From positions 11,284,001-11,348,000 of the forward strand of contig CM102285.1 in the NCBI GenBank assembly GCA_046563655.1: DNA of 64,000 bases, written 5' to 3'. Shown here in pieces: positions 1 to 13,233 of the stretch. The notes under the pieces are model-generated. The model made no database searches. It was not told the origin of the DNA and saw only the letters and a list, made by a program, of their open reading frames with translations. Positions within the stretch are counted from its first letter, which is position 1, and every line of letters begins with the position of its first letter. This DNA comes from Yuukianura sp. NJ FZ-2021. Lineage: Eukaryota. The translations under genes and the position numbers were made by a program.

Positions 1-1259
1 CTCCTTCGTCAGCTAAAAAATGACAAACCATGTGAGGGTGAAAGCAAAAACTTTCACTCCCTCCGCATTCCGTTCTTCGCTTTATTTCAGTTATCAACGT
101 GCCCAGAAAATAAGCACGCAAACTTAGTATTCACACTTGAAAAATTTTGCAATTGATTCTGGGTCTTGAAAACAGCCAGAAGTTTTCTATCCGCTCAGTC
201 TACTGGATTTACATGTTAGTGAAGTTACAGCTCAAGTTATATGTTAGTGAATTTAGTCAGATTTGAATTTGAATTCCACTGGCCTTTGGCTACAAGATTT
301 TGTGAAAGCAGAGGAACGTGCCGAGTGGATGAAAGCGTTAATCCCATTGAGAAGGTTCCCGCAGGAAGCGGTTCCATTGTTGTCTCCTTTTCTTTTGTTT
401 GAGCCACTTTCACATGAGGAAAGCTCCATCCACTATCTACGCCATCAAAGTTCTCAAGGGGGAATTGTGGGATTCGGCAATGAGGAGAAGGAAACTCATA
501 AAAATAGTTCCTGTGAGTGTGAGAAACTTTTTAGGAAAAAAAGAACAAAATTCAAGTGTCAAATCAAACCATTCCTATTATTGTGGGATAGAAAAATCAA
601 TTAGAAAGTAGCGTCGAGTTCATTTGCCAAATGATTATGGACAAGCACGCTTGAGAAACATTTTGAAATGTTACGACTTGTTCAAATCCAATCCTTTCTA
701 AAATGACTAACTCCTTTTGTTCTAAATTGTTTGTGACAAAGATTAAAGTCAAAAGTGCAGTTAACCACGTTCCAAAATAATCTGTTGTGTAGTTCTCATT
801 TTTACAAAAGCCAAAGATCCAGGTCACAGAGGTCACGGAGATTAAGCGGTGACCGAGTGAGGACAGTTTTCAGATTAACTAGAATGGAGCGTCGCAATTT
901 GACATTATTTTGGCAAACTTTGTTGCAAGGAGGGAATGAATGAATCTTTTTAGTTTCTGTTACATGTAATTCAAATGTGCATTTGCGAATTTTATCTCCG
1001 TGTGTCAAGTGGCCTAATCAATGCTCTCCAAGAGTTCGGGGTCAGTTACATCGCTACAATTATCCCAACTCGAAGAAATGACTTTAACCTTGTTCAGAAC
1101 ACTAACCTTTGAATTTTTAAACTTTTTAGAAAAACAATTTTGGATATTTTATATATGTACTACTTTGCAAGTCATTTCTAAAAATAAATTTCCTCAAATG
1201 AAGGAGATGGAAAAATATTTTAGTTTGGGTTGACGTGGACGATTGATAAATAAGCAATA

Positions 1260-2900
1260 TTTATTTTCTTTTTAAAGCATTTTAGGAGAAAGCATCGAAA
1301 CATCAATACAATAATTAACTATTTATATTAGAATAATTAAGATTAATTAAACTTAATTTCAAAATACGTTTTTCATGTTTTGACATTGATTTACAACAAA
1401 ACCATTCGTGCAGCTTTTAAAATCATTTTTGCACTAATACGTGGATTTTGTTTTTCAAAAATATTTTTGGCGTTAAGCCAAACCAGAACTTTTACAATTT
1501 ACGTCAAAGTTGTTTTTAAAATACAAGATACGATTACAGTTTTAAATTGTTCTAAAAATTAACCACTCTACTAACTATGCTATTTACCAACGTTAAGTAC
1601 AAAGTCATTACCTTTAACGGCCAAATTTAAAATCGTGTAAGTACTCATTGCAGGAGTGTCGGAAGTGTTTTTGTACACTTCTCTATTTCCTCTACTAGGC
1701 CTAAAATACAACAGTAACCTTTGTTCTGTCATAACCATGCATCAATCTGTGACCATTAAAAGAAACCCAAAGTGTTGAAATGAAGGATAACAGTTAAAGG
1801 TTCTAAAAGTTGAAACTGAAGATCATAAATTTTAGACTTTGAGAGAATTGACACGTTTGACACAAAACAACACGAGAGGAAGAGGGCTTTTGTTTCATTG
1901 CAAAAAAAAACACAAAGTTAAAGTTACTGTTAAAGCAAATTACGATTTCGCTGCAACAATCTCATAAAAATTGCAACAAAATACGAAGACCTCTTCAACA
2001 GCTTGAGTTTGACGACAGATAGCCTTACGCAAAGCTTTTCTGAAATTAAATTACATTTGGTAAACTGGGATTTTTGTTAGCTGGCGTTAAACTAATACAA
2101 AAGAATTAAATAAGTTTAAATTTATTCTGAGGTCATGAACTCTTTGTGTACAATTTGTGACCAAGTAATGTACTTCAGCGTTTTGAACTTTTTTAGTTTT
2201 TAAAGATTATGGCAGCTTTAGTAGAGAAGAGAACACTTAAGGGGATAAAATAGAGCCCTCACGTTATGTTAAGGTTAGTTTAGTAATGGAGAGTGATTGA
2301 ATTAGGGTTTCGGAAAGAGGGGAAAGCTTGAATAAATAAATTAAAGTGACCACACGCACTCTTAGCCTTAACTTTCTCCCATTCACTTCCAGTTCTCATA
2401 CTTTCACTCCAGTGTCAATTGACATGTCACTCTCCATTTCTACAAATCCAATTTCATCATCCAAAGGCACTGGAAGGAGAGGCTATTCCTCTACTACTCA
2501 CTGTACAGTACTAAAATTCAATTAGACTTAAACACTAACTTCCCTGGACAAGTCTGGACATCGTCAATAGAATACCAATTTTGAAAAAGAATCGGAACTT
2601 GAAAATTTTGGAGTTCCAGTTTTTGATAAAGGAAGGACATGACATACAGGAAAGAGACTTAAATTCCGATTTTAAACTTTCAAACTCCTTGCGAAAAAGA
2701 AAGTTGGGCTGTTTTGAAGGTAAATTTTTGTGAGAAAGAGAAAGTTAAATTGTAAATGGATTTTGAAGATTTTGAATTGGGGAATGTCGAATGCACAATG
2801 CAGTTTTAGGTAAAATTTAATTTTTTAGATTTAAAATTTTAATAAATATAACATTTTCTGCTGATTGTCGGTGTTCTTCGTAGCAGAGACGCCCAAGAAT
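1260..2900 (-). other. Probable long 3' UTR of the Maf gene
   Basis: Non-coding stretch downstream of the stop codon. Minus-strand AATAAA at 2126-2121 and 1265-1260, and a very AT-rich block near 1300-1380. Confidence 0.45.
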
Positions 2901-4439
2901 TTACCTTTCATCTTTCCAGTAGCAATTGGATGGTTCAGGTGAGTCTGGGTGGGGCGTTGCCTGGTTACCATGAGGCAGCCCACCACCTTCCCCTGCCGTT
3001 CGTACGTCTTTCACCGTCGAAGAGACAATTGGTTGTGACTGAGTCGGTGGCATAGAAATAGGCTCAGCTGTAAATTCAATTACCTTCGTACCAAGGTGGG
3101 AAGACAGGACTCCGCCTCCTCCATTATTGTTGACTCCACCTACCCCGTGGGGCCCCGTGATCAGATTGTTGTTGTGTACAACATTGTTGTTATTATTGTT
3201 TAGCTGGGAAGGATGAGACCTCCGTGGTGACATGTCGTACTTTCGCTGCTGCTTACATGTCATCGCTTGCAGCGTCTCCTTCAAGTAGATGTTTTCACTC
3301 CGAAGATTTTGGCAGTGGTCATTCAGACGCTGCAGTTCTCTCCGAATCCTCCGATTTTCTTCTTCCAAAGCCCTTCGCTGATCGACGCGTTTCATGCGAC
3401 AGTTTTGAGCATAACCACGATTTTTCAGCGTCCGTCTTTTTTGTTTGATTCGGGTGATTTCCGAACGATCCAGTCCGTGCAAAAGTTTGTTAAGGTCACG
3501 AACCGTCATATGCAGCAAATCTTTGTCGCTGATTCCACCCGGATTGGGCAAATGCGGTGTCCTCCGACCTTCAGAACTTTGATTTCGACTGTGGGATCGA
3601 ATCGAGTGCCCATGCGCATGAACGCCTTCAGCCATGTACAGTTGCGGTGAGTCCAGGCAAGGTCCGTACTCCTGTTTCCGGTGGATCCAATGACCACCGT
3701 CCTCCATACTGTCGGAACCCACAGAGCTGAGGTCAAGCGGATCTTGGTACCGGAGCTTGTCGTATCGTAGGTGTGGAATGACTCCATTTTGCATTCCATT
3801 GTCCATCCAAATCGGAATGTTCCTGTTCAAGTGACCTTCGTGATGTACTTGCTCAGGACATCTTTCTGGCGGTCCATTGGACATCAACGGAGTCCGAGCT
3901 TCCTGGAGACTGACGTTTCTGTACTCTGGAGACGAAGGCATCTGGGAACAATGGGTCGGTGACTGTTGTTCTGTTGGGGAACACGGACTCATGATCTTCA
4001 CAATTTGAAGTTGGTGACGAGCGTTTCCGTTGGGAATTGGCATAGTTTCTTCTGTCGGGGAGTACATGATTCCATTGTTGGCGACATTTTGGGGAAGCGA
4101 TTCTGGAAGGATGTGGTGGGACGGAGGTGGCCCACCGAGTCCCTCTTCGGAACTGTTGCTCGAATTGTTGTTGATAGAAACGCTTTGGAGTTGGTGATGA
4201 ATCAAATGATGTTGTTGTTGAGCGTGTTGCTGCTGTTGAATGTATGCAGCAGCAGCTTTACGCTGACGCTGATACTCGTTAAACTCATCCCCATTTCGAT
4301 TCTCCGTTTGACAAAGTTCAAGATTGAATTCGTTCAAGTATTCAACCCCCAGCCCTTCGTGATTATTCGGTTCAATTCCATGACCCATGCTTCTAACACC
4401 ACCAGCAGCAAGTCCACCGCGCATTTCTGAGAGAACCAT
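2901..4439 (-). CDS. tj: Large Maf bZIP transcription factor (traffic jam / MafA-MafB-c-Maf type), 512 aa, single coding exon
   Basis: ORF 2901..4490 with first ATG at 4439 (MVLSEMR...). Maf extended homology region and basic region [49 protein letters not shown], followed by a leucine zipper. The long N-terminus with a YLNEFNLE acidic motif, Gln/His tracts and S/T-P sites marks a large rather than small Maf. Confidence 0.93.
   Translation of the reverse strand: MVLSEMRGGLAAGGVRSMGHGIEPNNHEGLGVEYLNEFNLELCQTENRNGDEFNEYQRQRKAAAAYIQQQQHAQQQHHLIHHQLQSVSINNNSSNSSEEGLGGPPPSHHILPESLPQNVANNGIMYSPTEETMPIPNGNARHQLQIVKIMSPCSPTEQQSPTHCSQMPSSPEYRNVSLQEARTPLMSNGPPERCPEQVHHEGHLNRNIPIWMDNGMQNGVIPHLRYDKLRYQDPLDLSSVGSDSMEDGGHWIHRKQEYGPCLDSPQLYMAEGVHAHGHSIRSHSRNQSSEGRRTPHLPNPGGISDKDLLHMTVRDLNKLLHGLDRSEITRIKQKRRTLKNRGYAQNCRMKRVDQRRALEEENRRIRRELQRLNDHCQNLRSENIYLKETLQAMTCKQQRKYDMSPRRSHPSQLNNNNNNVVHNNNLITGPHGVGGVNNNGGGGVLSSHLGTKVIEFTAEPISMPPTQSQPIVSSTVKDVRTAGEGGGLPHGNQATPHPDSPEPSNCYWKDER
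3121..3200 (-). repeat. Imperfect (AAC/AAT)n coding repeats giving poly-Asn tracts in Maf
   Basis: Plus strand ttgttgttattattgtt and similar; translates to [13 protein letters not shown] and VNNNGGGG. Confidence 0.7.
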
Positions 4440-5009
4440 CTTTTTAAACAAAACAAAAATTTCGAAATTAAAAAAAAAATGTAAAAGCATATTTCTCTCT
4501 CAAAAATATAGTACAAGGAGAAAGTTCGAAAAAAAAAAGTTACTAGAGATAAGCGGAATTGCTGTCCACTTTAAAGAGACAATTTATCGCCGTTACTTTA
4601 CTTAATTTAGCTAATGCTAATTTTTACTTTTGTGAATTTCTTACGTCACAAGTCCTTATCTCCGATGGTCCAGTTTTGCACATCAACAAAGTTGCTAATT
4701 TTTTTGAGATTTTGCAAAAATGTTTCACGGTACGACACAAAAAATTGGGCAAACTGTCTAGACTGTTGAACAACTTACAACTTTTTTTTACTGATGAATC
4801 TTCAGTCAGCACTGTCAGATTTTTGCAAACGAAGTGCAGACGCCTTACTTTTGAGTTTTTGCAAATGACACAATTTTGGCACAAAAGTGATTAACGGTGA
4901 GATGAAGACGACCAGAGTAGAAGTGGAAGTTGGTTAAGTTGGTTTTGGAGCTGTGAACGTCGTGGGTAGTAGAAATCGTTTGGTAAGGTTCTGTGTCCTG
5001 GCGGGTAGA

Positions 5010-5094
5010 TTTTATAACCCTGGAGTAAGTTGGATTTGAACAGAAGCAGAGGAAGATGAAGATGAAGTGAAGATGCTGCTGGGCGAGAGCCAAT
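5010..5094 (-). promoter_or_regulatory. Candidate core promoter of the Maf gene (TATAAAA plus CCAAT box)
   Basis: Minus-strand TATAAAA at 5016-5010 and a CCAAT pentamer at 5090-5094 in a GC-richer patch about 570-650 nt upstream of the ATG. The TSS would be near 4985. Motif evidence only. Confidence 0.4.
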
Positions 5095-8000
5095 GCGCTG
5101 AACCCGGGGAGAGATCACTTTGGTGTAGTTAAGTTTGAGATGGACCGTTGGATGCTGGGATGCTGGAGGAGGATGATGGTGTGGGCTTATGGGAACCAGA
5201 AGGAGGTTGGCAACTTCTAAATGCTCCCAGCCAGAAGGAAGGACTTTCTAAACACGCCTTCAAATACCCGGATTCGGAGGAACCACGCAAGTGACAAAAC
5301 CCAACCCTTCCACAACGAACGAACAGGTTCCCACTCTTTAAAATACAACGTAATTCTCTTTTTCCAAAATAAGTCACGGTAGATTTTGAATAGCAATTCA
5401 CGATTGTACAACAACTAAGTCTTAAGTGGTATTTACGAGAGAAAGGCTCTTTCTATTACAATTTGAAGGAAATGATTTGATGATTTGTAGTTTTATTCAA
5501 AATTGGCAAATTGTGTAATATGACGCACATGAACTAATTTTTTCTACAGTTTGACTTTAAAAACTTGAACAGGTTCCTTTAAAATGGACATTCGACTTTA
5601 TCGTTCAAAATTTTCCAGAGTCTCGTACCTGTTCAGAAATCAAACCTTAGCTCAAAGTTGTTTACCAAATTGCATTCTGTTTTCGTATTGTTCCGAATCA
5701 AGATTAACGTGTAATTTGACCTTTCATGGGCCATCAAGGGTCAACCTTGTTGATTCGATTAAACTAAAGCTAAAACACTGATTTAGCACTAAACCTTGAA
5801 ATAAGGTCATTAGATTAAACCAGTAGTTTCGAAAACAGTTCTTGTCTAGGGTTACACTTCATTTTAACGACCATGACGAACAATGTTTTCAGAGGTGTTA
5901 AATTATAAGGCGACTTAAAAGACTCAAATTTATTTAGCTCAACACTTGATCTGTTGCTGGTTCCAAAATAAAAACTTTTGAGACATTGTTCGAAATCAAG
6001 ACGTGTTTCTCAACAAAACTACGATTTGTTGATGTAATTGATTGTAAGTTACACATGTCATTTGTTGCGCAACAAAGTCTGTCAAAACGTTTTGCAATTT
6101 AATGCACCTATTTCACGAATTAAACTACAGTTTGTTATAGTGCTTTCTAGTTGTTCTACAATCCACTGGGAATGAAAATTGTATCATTTATAACTACTAT
6201 TCGTTTCATGCACACAGTTTATTCGCAGATGTATGATTTCGTAGTATTTATTTTCGGTTTTTGGTGTACCAGTGGAGCGATGAAAAGTGTTAGAGAGGGT
6301 GAAAGTTGGGGATAACTTTCGTTTTCCTACGCGGGTTCTTTTGATTCTTGAGACGAAGCGTATCGAGACAGTCGAAGGTCTTCCTACAAATAATGCTGAC
6401 TTCCCCAAAAAAATGTTGAAGTTGCAATTTCTCATTTGCAACCGATAGAACCTGTTGAATTTTGGACCAAGTTTTTCGCAAAAAAAAAAAATCAAACAAA
6501 ACAAGAGTGCGAAATTTTTTTCGGTTACGTGTTTACACGGCGTATTGATTGAGTCCTAACGAACAAATCTAACATGAGTCGTAACGGCTAAGTAGTTTTG
6601 CACGAATTGTGTCCCAATTTTTACACAAATTGTAAGAAAAAGTACACCAATTCGCAGAACTGGTTAAATTCGCGAGTTTGTTTTTGCAACTAACTTAAAG
6701 CAAAGGAGCAAAAGATGCTTGTGAAAAATTAATTTGCGAAATTACACTTTTGGGATTAAAATTGATTAATTGATCTCGAAAGTTTTGCTATTCCATAAAC
6801 TTCTTTTTTACTGAGGTTCATATGAATCCCTCTTAAGTTAATTGTCATTTTTAGGAAATCGACTAAAATATAAGATCATGGTAGTATCCCGTTAACGAAC
6901 ATATTGTTCAACGTCCTCCATATGTCAAGTAATTGGTACTAAAGTTCAAGAAAGTTCTGAATTTCTGGATAATAAATTGTACGGAACAAGCGTCCTTGCC
7001 TACTTTCTCTCACTTTCACCCTAACATTTCTAAGTAATTTTCTAGTGTTCCTCCTATTCTTCATCGTTTTATGTCATTTCCTTCAGAAGAATCGTATTAA
7101 TAAAACGGAAACACATTCTTTTATTGTAACTTTGCACTCCATTCTAATAGCTTACCTTGCACAAAAATTAAAAGGAGTAATTCGCCAAGAAATCACAAAA
7201 TGCTCTCTAATCCCATTTTATTATAGTGTTCTCTCCATTGTTAAAGTTACTAATTTTATAGTTTTAGACATTCAGATCAATTTCATTTAGAAAAGCACGA
7301 AGAGCGTTTTAACGTTAGTGAACACATTCCGAAACCTTAAAAGATCGAGAACCTCCGCTCCCATTCCAGAGTCCATCGGCCAAGAAGTCAAAGATGGCTG
7401 ACAAAAATTTGATGATCTTTTCATTTTTCCTGTTACTAGGCAGTAGAACTCCTCCTTGTTGAAGTGGATTGATTAGTGACTAGTAAACTGGATGTGGATT
7501 AAAAGTTGAATTCTAGAATTCTAGAACGAGAGCAATGGCACCATAATGAACCTCCCACCGATGACGCTTGTTCAAGGAACTTTTAGAACTGGATTTTAGT
7601 ATTTGAAAAGATAAAAGAAGTGATATTCAAGAGATTCCCAGTAGAGCCAAGTTTCTGTTCAAAACAGGGAATCTCTTTTGCTCTTACTTGGGAAATGAAG
7701 AAAACAAAATTTACTAATCGTCAGCAAAAATTTCCTGATTCGAGGAAAAGCTCGTGATTTAAAATTTTGTAAGTTTCTTGCGTTCTGAACCCAGAAAGAA
7801 ATCAAAAACAATTTTCAGCACACAGCTTTAGTTGAGTAAATATTGTAAATACATTAAAATAATATTATTATTTCCTTATTTTATATATAATTATATTATA
7901 ATTCAATATATGCTTACAAAGTAATGATATATGTCTTACTAATTCGCCACGAAAATAAATTTTAAGTTAGTCCAAGATTACAGTGAGTCTCGGTTGGTGC

Positions 8001-8129
8001 ATAATCACAGTCTGATTGGTGTATGATTGTTATAGACTGTAGTGCCAAAAATGAAACCTCTGTTTTCGGCCAAAGCTATTCGGGGATTATACAAAGCAAA
8101 AGGGTTCCAACTTTTTTTCCACTTTCTAG

Positions 8130-8215
8130 TGACGTCATCTACGTTTCTTGTGACGTCACTTATCTTATCAGGAATTCCCTTATCTCGCATTCCCTTTCTC
8201 GCGCATTCCCTTTCT
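8130..8215. promoter_or_regulatory. Compact candidate enhancer with 2 CRE palindromes, 3 GATA sites and a kB site
   Basis: TGACGTCA at 8130-8137 and 8151-8158. TTATCT/TTATCA at 8160-8165, 8165-8170 and 8180-8185. GGAATTCCC (GGGAATTCC on the minus strand) at 8171-8179. Duplicated cgcattccctttc follows. Confidence 0.5.
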
Positions 8216-11200
8216 TCACAGTATCGAAAATAAAAATTAATTTTTATGCGGCGTTTGGTTGTAGCAATGAAATTTTCAGTTTTTCTTTCTAGTTTTTTCA
8301 ACTCTCTATACGTTTTTTAACTTTTCCAACCTCTAAACACAAAAAAATTAATTTCAAAAAGTTGTGAGCACGTAGCTTCACTGTTTTATTCAACACAGTA
8401 ATTAATGCTACGAAGCTCTCCGCAAAACTTCGGAAAGAGCAAAGCAAGTTTTTGCAGTTCGAGAAAATTTTAAAGTTCGAAGCCACTCGCTTCATTGCAA
8501 TTGTGAACATCTAACTGTTTGGCTGGATTGTATTAGATTAGTCTGTTTCGTTTGTTGAAAATTGACAGGAACATATTGCTTTCAAATTAGTTTTTAAAAA
8601 TTAATAAAAATATAGTTAAAAAATGAAAGTTTCTTTTTTTAAATTGAATTTTCAGCGATAAATTAAAAGTTTTTTTTATTTTCTTCTTTGCTGCAACCTC
8701 ACGCCATACAAAAAAATATTTTTAATTTTGGTAGAAATTTTCCACAAAAAAAATACCTGGGAAGAGAATTATTAATAATTCAACGGCGTCTAACTTTAGC
8801 AACAAGAATTTGAGTTTTTTTTACGTTTGAAGTTTAATTAAACTGAATTCATTTTAAAATACTCAGACAAATGTATTGCAAACTTTTTCTTGTGAACGAA
8901 TCCTAAAATTAGATGCTTTTCGTTGCTTTCGTAATCAACGGCTAGACTTACGCCTCCTTACAATAAACGTAATTTTGGAATGATGATTTTAGTCTGCCCT
9001 TTAAAAAAAGGAACTAAAAGATTCTTGAAGTAAGAGGGGAAAGTGTGACATTATTAAGTTGATGCTGAGTGGATAAGCCACTAATCTGTCCGTAGGGAAT
9101 CTCCACCAACCAGTACGAACAGTAGTGACAGAAGGGCAATCCAGCGTTGTGAAATACCCGCACTTTCCTCAGATTACTTTCTCCCTGGATCCACTCTACT
9201 TGATGCTCCAGGCACTTCCAGGACATTTCCCACTGCGTCCTTTCCCTCACCAGCTTCCAAATCCAACATTTTCTTCTTCTCCAAAACTTTTTTCGAACTG
9301 AGAAAATATTTAATTCTGGAACATCCGAGTATAATTTTTTCTAAAGTGACAGTGACAAGAAGAACGTGCGAAAATGGTAGAATCGGAAGCTGGGAGCCTT
9401 ATTTACTATGCTATGGTTGAAGAACTCAGCTGTCAAGGATCGGCGGAGGGTTGGCTGGGGCTTCTAATGATGCTGCGGGAGATGACAAGGATCTTGATCA
9501 TCCATCCAGGAACAAGGAACAAATCCCAATGTGATCTCTTCCAATTAGGCCACATCACACAAATTGTTCCGTTTCCATCGTCACCTTCTGACAGGTCACC
9601 CTCAAGCCCCACCCAACCTGTTCCACTACAATTCTCAAAATTCAAAACTCAAAAAGAAAATCATGTTGTGCTGGATTGTAAATGTCAAAAGTGTCAACAA
9701 ACTACTTTGTCTTTGTACAACCCAAGATGCTTTCACCTTATTTCTAAACACTTGACAAAACCAAGTGTTGGACAGATGTGAATAGAATTTCTGAAATCAA
9801 TGAGTCTTAAACATGGTATAACCTAAGAAATTCCACGTAAGATGATAAGTTTGCCAAAATTAAAATAACGTGGCCTCCAGAACGTTCAAACGGGTCAACT
9901 AAAATTGCGAATTGAGGTCAAGGATTGAGCATCAGAATTTTTTTTGAAAGTTCTGGTGAAAGGCTTAGAATACTAATGCTTTCTCCCACAGATCGATTTT
10001 AAAATTGGAGAGAGCCTTAACGTGACCAAGGAAAGCGTGCCCGTTAGTGTGGTGAATGGTGATTGACTTTCCAATCAAAGACGCTGTATCGAAATGCATC
10101 TTTGGTGTTCGTCTCTCCTATTGTGATGTGTGATGGGACGTTAGGGTGCAAATCAGATTTCCTTTTGGGAGAACCCAATCAGCCGTTCAGAGGATTTAAC
10201 AAGGCGTGAAAATCTGTCCCTGCTTTCTCCTCCAAACTTTCTCTTTATTTCCAGCCTTCTCCCTTCCTTTCTCCCTTTGGTCTTCATTGACTTGTCTTCT
10301 TGTCCAGGATTGATGGACATCACATGCATGATCACTGGAGAGGATGACCATTCAGTCCAACCGGAAAAAGCAAGAATCCAAACCACTAAACTGTTTCAAT
10401 TCAATAAAGTGCTACAAAGTGTCAAAATTGAAAAAAAAAATTCCAAAACTGTAATTCAACCTGCTCAATGTGTTCACAAAATCACAGTTTTAGTTAAATC
10501 AAACAACATCCGGGGTTAACACGAAGTGTTAAAAAAACAAAAGGTTAGATTCTAAATTGAAACAGTGGTGTAAGATGAGACAATGAATGGAAAGTAGCTG
10601 AATTAACGTAAAAGTGCATTCATTGATATTGGACAACACTGGAGAGAATGAAAGGGAGTAACTAATCAGTATTACAAAGTTCATTTGAGAATGGTGATGA
10701 CCTAACGGAAGGTTATAACTCATGCATAAGAGTGTCAACTCTAATCAATCACGAATTAACTTTCTAAACTTAATGTTAATGGAAGAGTTCATAACGTACA
10801 ATTTCATACTTTTTTTGAGCTTATGAAAATTTGTTGCAACTTGACTACTTGCTATGCCGTAATGTAGCTGGAATTTCAACGGAGAGATGAAATCTCATCA
10901 AGAAATATTTTTTGCAAAGGTGTCATTCCATGGCGTTTGCACGTTTTTGGCAAGAATGCAAGTCAAGCAATTTCCAAACGAGATGCATTTCCAGTGTTTT
11001 GTTTGGGGAAATGCAGTTTCAGATGCAGCTTGAAAGTGGATAAGGCACGCTGAGAATCAATTCTTCTAAAAACAAAAGAAAAAGTAAATTAAAATCGAAA
11101 GATTGCAATTTTTTTTGCAATATTTTTGAGACCACAGTGGACTCGTCATGCTTTTTCTCCTATTTTGGACTAACCTCTCATAACTCGAAGGAAGCAATGC

Positions 11201-12366
11201 AGATGAAACATGAATGAAGATGCACTCTCGTGTGCCCTAACAAGGGTATCTCAAGAGCATAAACATGTGCAATTGGTAACGATGGATGATATGCGCTTCC
11301 TTGTCAATTCACAGAATGAAATAGGTTGACCCCATGACCTTTGGTCATTTTCTCGAACTGAACCTAGAAACAACATTGTAGCATTAAGCAAGTAGTGTTC
11401 AGTGACAAAGATTCATAATTTTTATCAATGTTCAACAGAATCGCAATTTCCATGCTCTGAAAGAGTGATATTTTTGAGCAAAAATTCAATTTACGGTAAA
11501 TTTTGAGAAAGGAAGATGGAAGAACTTTTTCAAAACCCACTTTTTCAAAAAATCTGTTCATCCAAGTAAGATGCAACTTTCTCGCAGTAATCTTGTATGG
11601 ATTTGCTCTAAAATTGAATGTTCTTTTGCTATGAAAGAGGAGACTATGGGAACTTACGAAGCTTTAAGAAAATCTAGGATTCCTTGGAACGTTATTGGTG
11701 GAGTCCAACTTGAAGTCCGAAAAAGTCGAAGTTTGGAGGGGATTATGTAAGAGGACAGAGGATACTTTTCTACTTGACCAAACTCATGACAAGCAATGAG
11801 AAAGCAGTTGATAATTTATTGCGAAACTCGTTCACAATGGAAAAAACGAAGAGAAAGTTTTCTCCAGGGAAAAATTGAAAATTCCGAAAAAGAATACAAA
11901 ATGGGATGCACTACAAGGAGTTTATAATAACAAGAACTCAAACCAAAAACCCTAATTAATAGTTTACAAAAAATAGACTAGTAAAATGGATTTAAGTACT
12001 TGGTTTTATGCTGACTTGCAAAACTTGTCATTTCACACAGGGGAGCTCCCTGAATACACCGTAGCTCCTCATCTGGGTTTCACTGACGGTGAAAGTCGGA
12101 CTATTTAATACGTACTAGTACATACGCAGCTTGCTGCAGCGTTCTACGTCTGTTTCAGCGTGAAATTTTCGTACCAAGCGTCCTCTCTTTTCGAAAAGAA
12201 TCATCTTCTAAAGACTCGCTCCGACGAATTCCAGGAACAGGTTTCAATATCGGGCAACAGAGGATATCAGCGATTGAAATTCATTCAGCTCCAGCTCCGT
12301 AATAAATTCCACTTGGAGAAGTTGACGATGAAGGTTCAACTGACAACCGGATTGTAAAGTTCGTTT

Positions 12367-13233
12367 CTACTTCTGTGATCCTTCAACGGCTAGCCGATCA
12401 GCTTCGATGTTTCCGTGTAAGCCGGAATGAGCAGGGACGTAAGACTAAAAACGAAAATGAGGAAGCTTAACAGTGGTTTTGGCAATTACTAACTTCTACG
12501 GGTTGAGTTTGTAGTGTTGGCTTACCCAATCAATTCTTATGCTTCTGGCGGCTGCGAATAGCTTTTCCAACTCCTCCCGATTTTTCACAGGTTTTCCACT
12601 GCTAAGTTTCCAGTTACTTCTTCGCCATAAATGAATCCATTTTGTCATGCAGTTGATTAGAAATTGGGAGTCCGTGTTCAACTGTAATTTTGTTATCCCT
12701 GTAAAACGAAAAGGAAAAGCAAAAGAATTGTGACAGGCGTTCACGTTCAAACAGTATTTGCGAATTTGCAGAAATAGTTAACATAGTATTTGATGTACCA
12801 GCTCGTTTTGCTACTAAAATCGCTCTCTCGGCCGCTTGAATTTCCGCAGAGTTATTCGTGTGACGTAGACCTTGAATTGGTTCCGAAATGTTCCTAAAAT
12901 GAGAATAATTTTATATGTACCTCAGTAATAGAAACCAAGAATTAGTGTCTAATCAAATAGCTTATCGTGGTGCACTGACATTGGATGCTGCTCTCCGAAC
13001 CAAACTCCAATACCCGCTTTGGCCGCTAACGTACCATTGGCTTTGCAGGCCCCATCAGTGAATGCGACAACATAGCCATCTTCATTTTTAGTAAAATTGA
13101 GTGTATTAGAGTCTCCGTCGGGAACAACTGCCTTGAAGCTTTCATTGGTGCTGTGATGCTTTGTCAACGATGCTCTTTTTTCGCCCAACGTGAGCCAGCG
13201 TCTACTCAAGGTTCGACCAAGAAATTGCAGCAT
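12367..13233 (-). CDS. rnh1: Ribonuclease H1-family protein, 199 aa; coding exons 13233-12980, 12893-12799, 12698-12526, 12444-12367
   Basis: All introns are GT-AG with consistent phases (2,1,0), giving a 600-nt CDS. Motifs: VAFTDGACKANG...AKAGIGVWFGEQHPMNISEP, TNNSAEIQA, NTDSQFLINCMTKWIHLWRRSNWKLSSGKPVKNRE, WSYVPAHSGLHGNIEADRLAVEG. The catalytic D-E-D-D and the His loop are intact. The start codon choice is less certain because the frame is open back to the acceptor at 13306. Confidence 0.9.

Noticed and set aside
4440..4490. 17-codon N-terminal extension of the Maf ORF shown in the ORF track
   Set aside because: Phe-rich translation of T-rich leader sequence. ATG 4439, in an AAAAAG-ATG-G context, is the more plausible start.
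12367..13233. RNase H as a retrotransposon remnant
   Set aside because: Three canonical introns, an intact frame, cellular RNase H1-type motifs, and no adjacent RT, integrase or LTRs.
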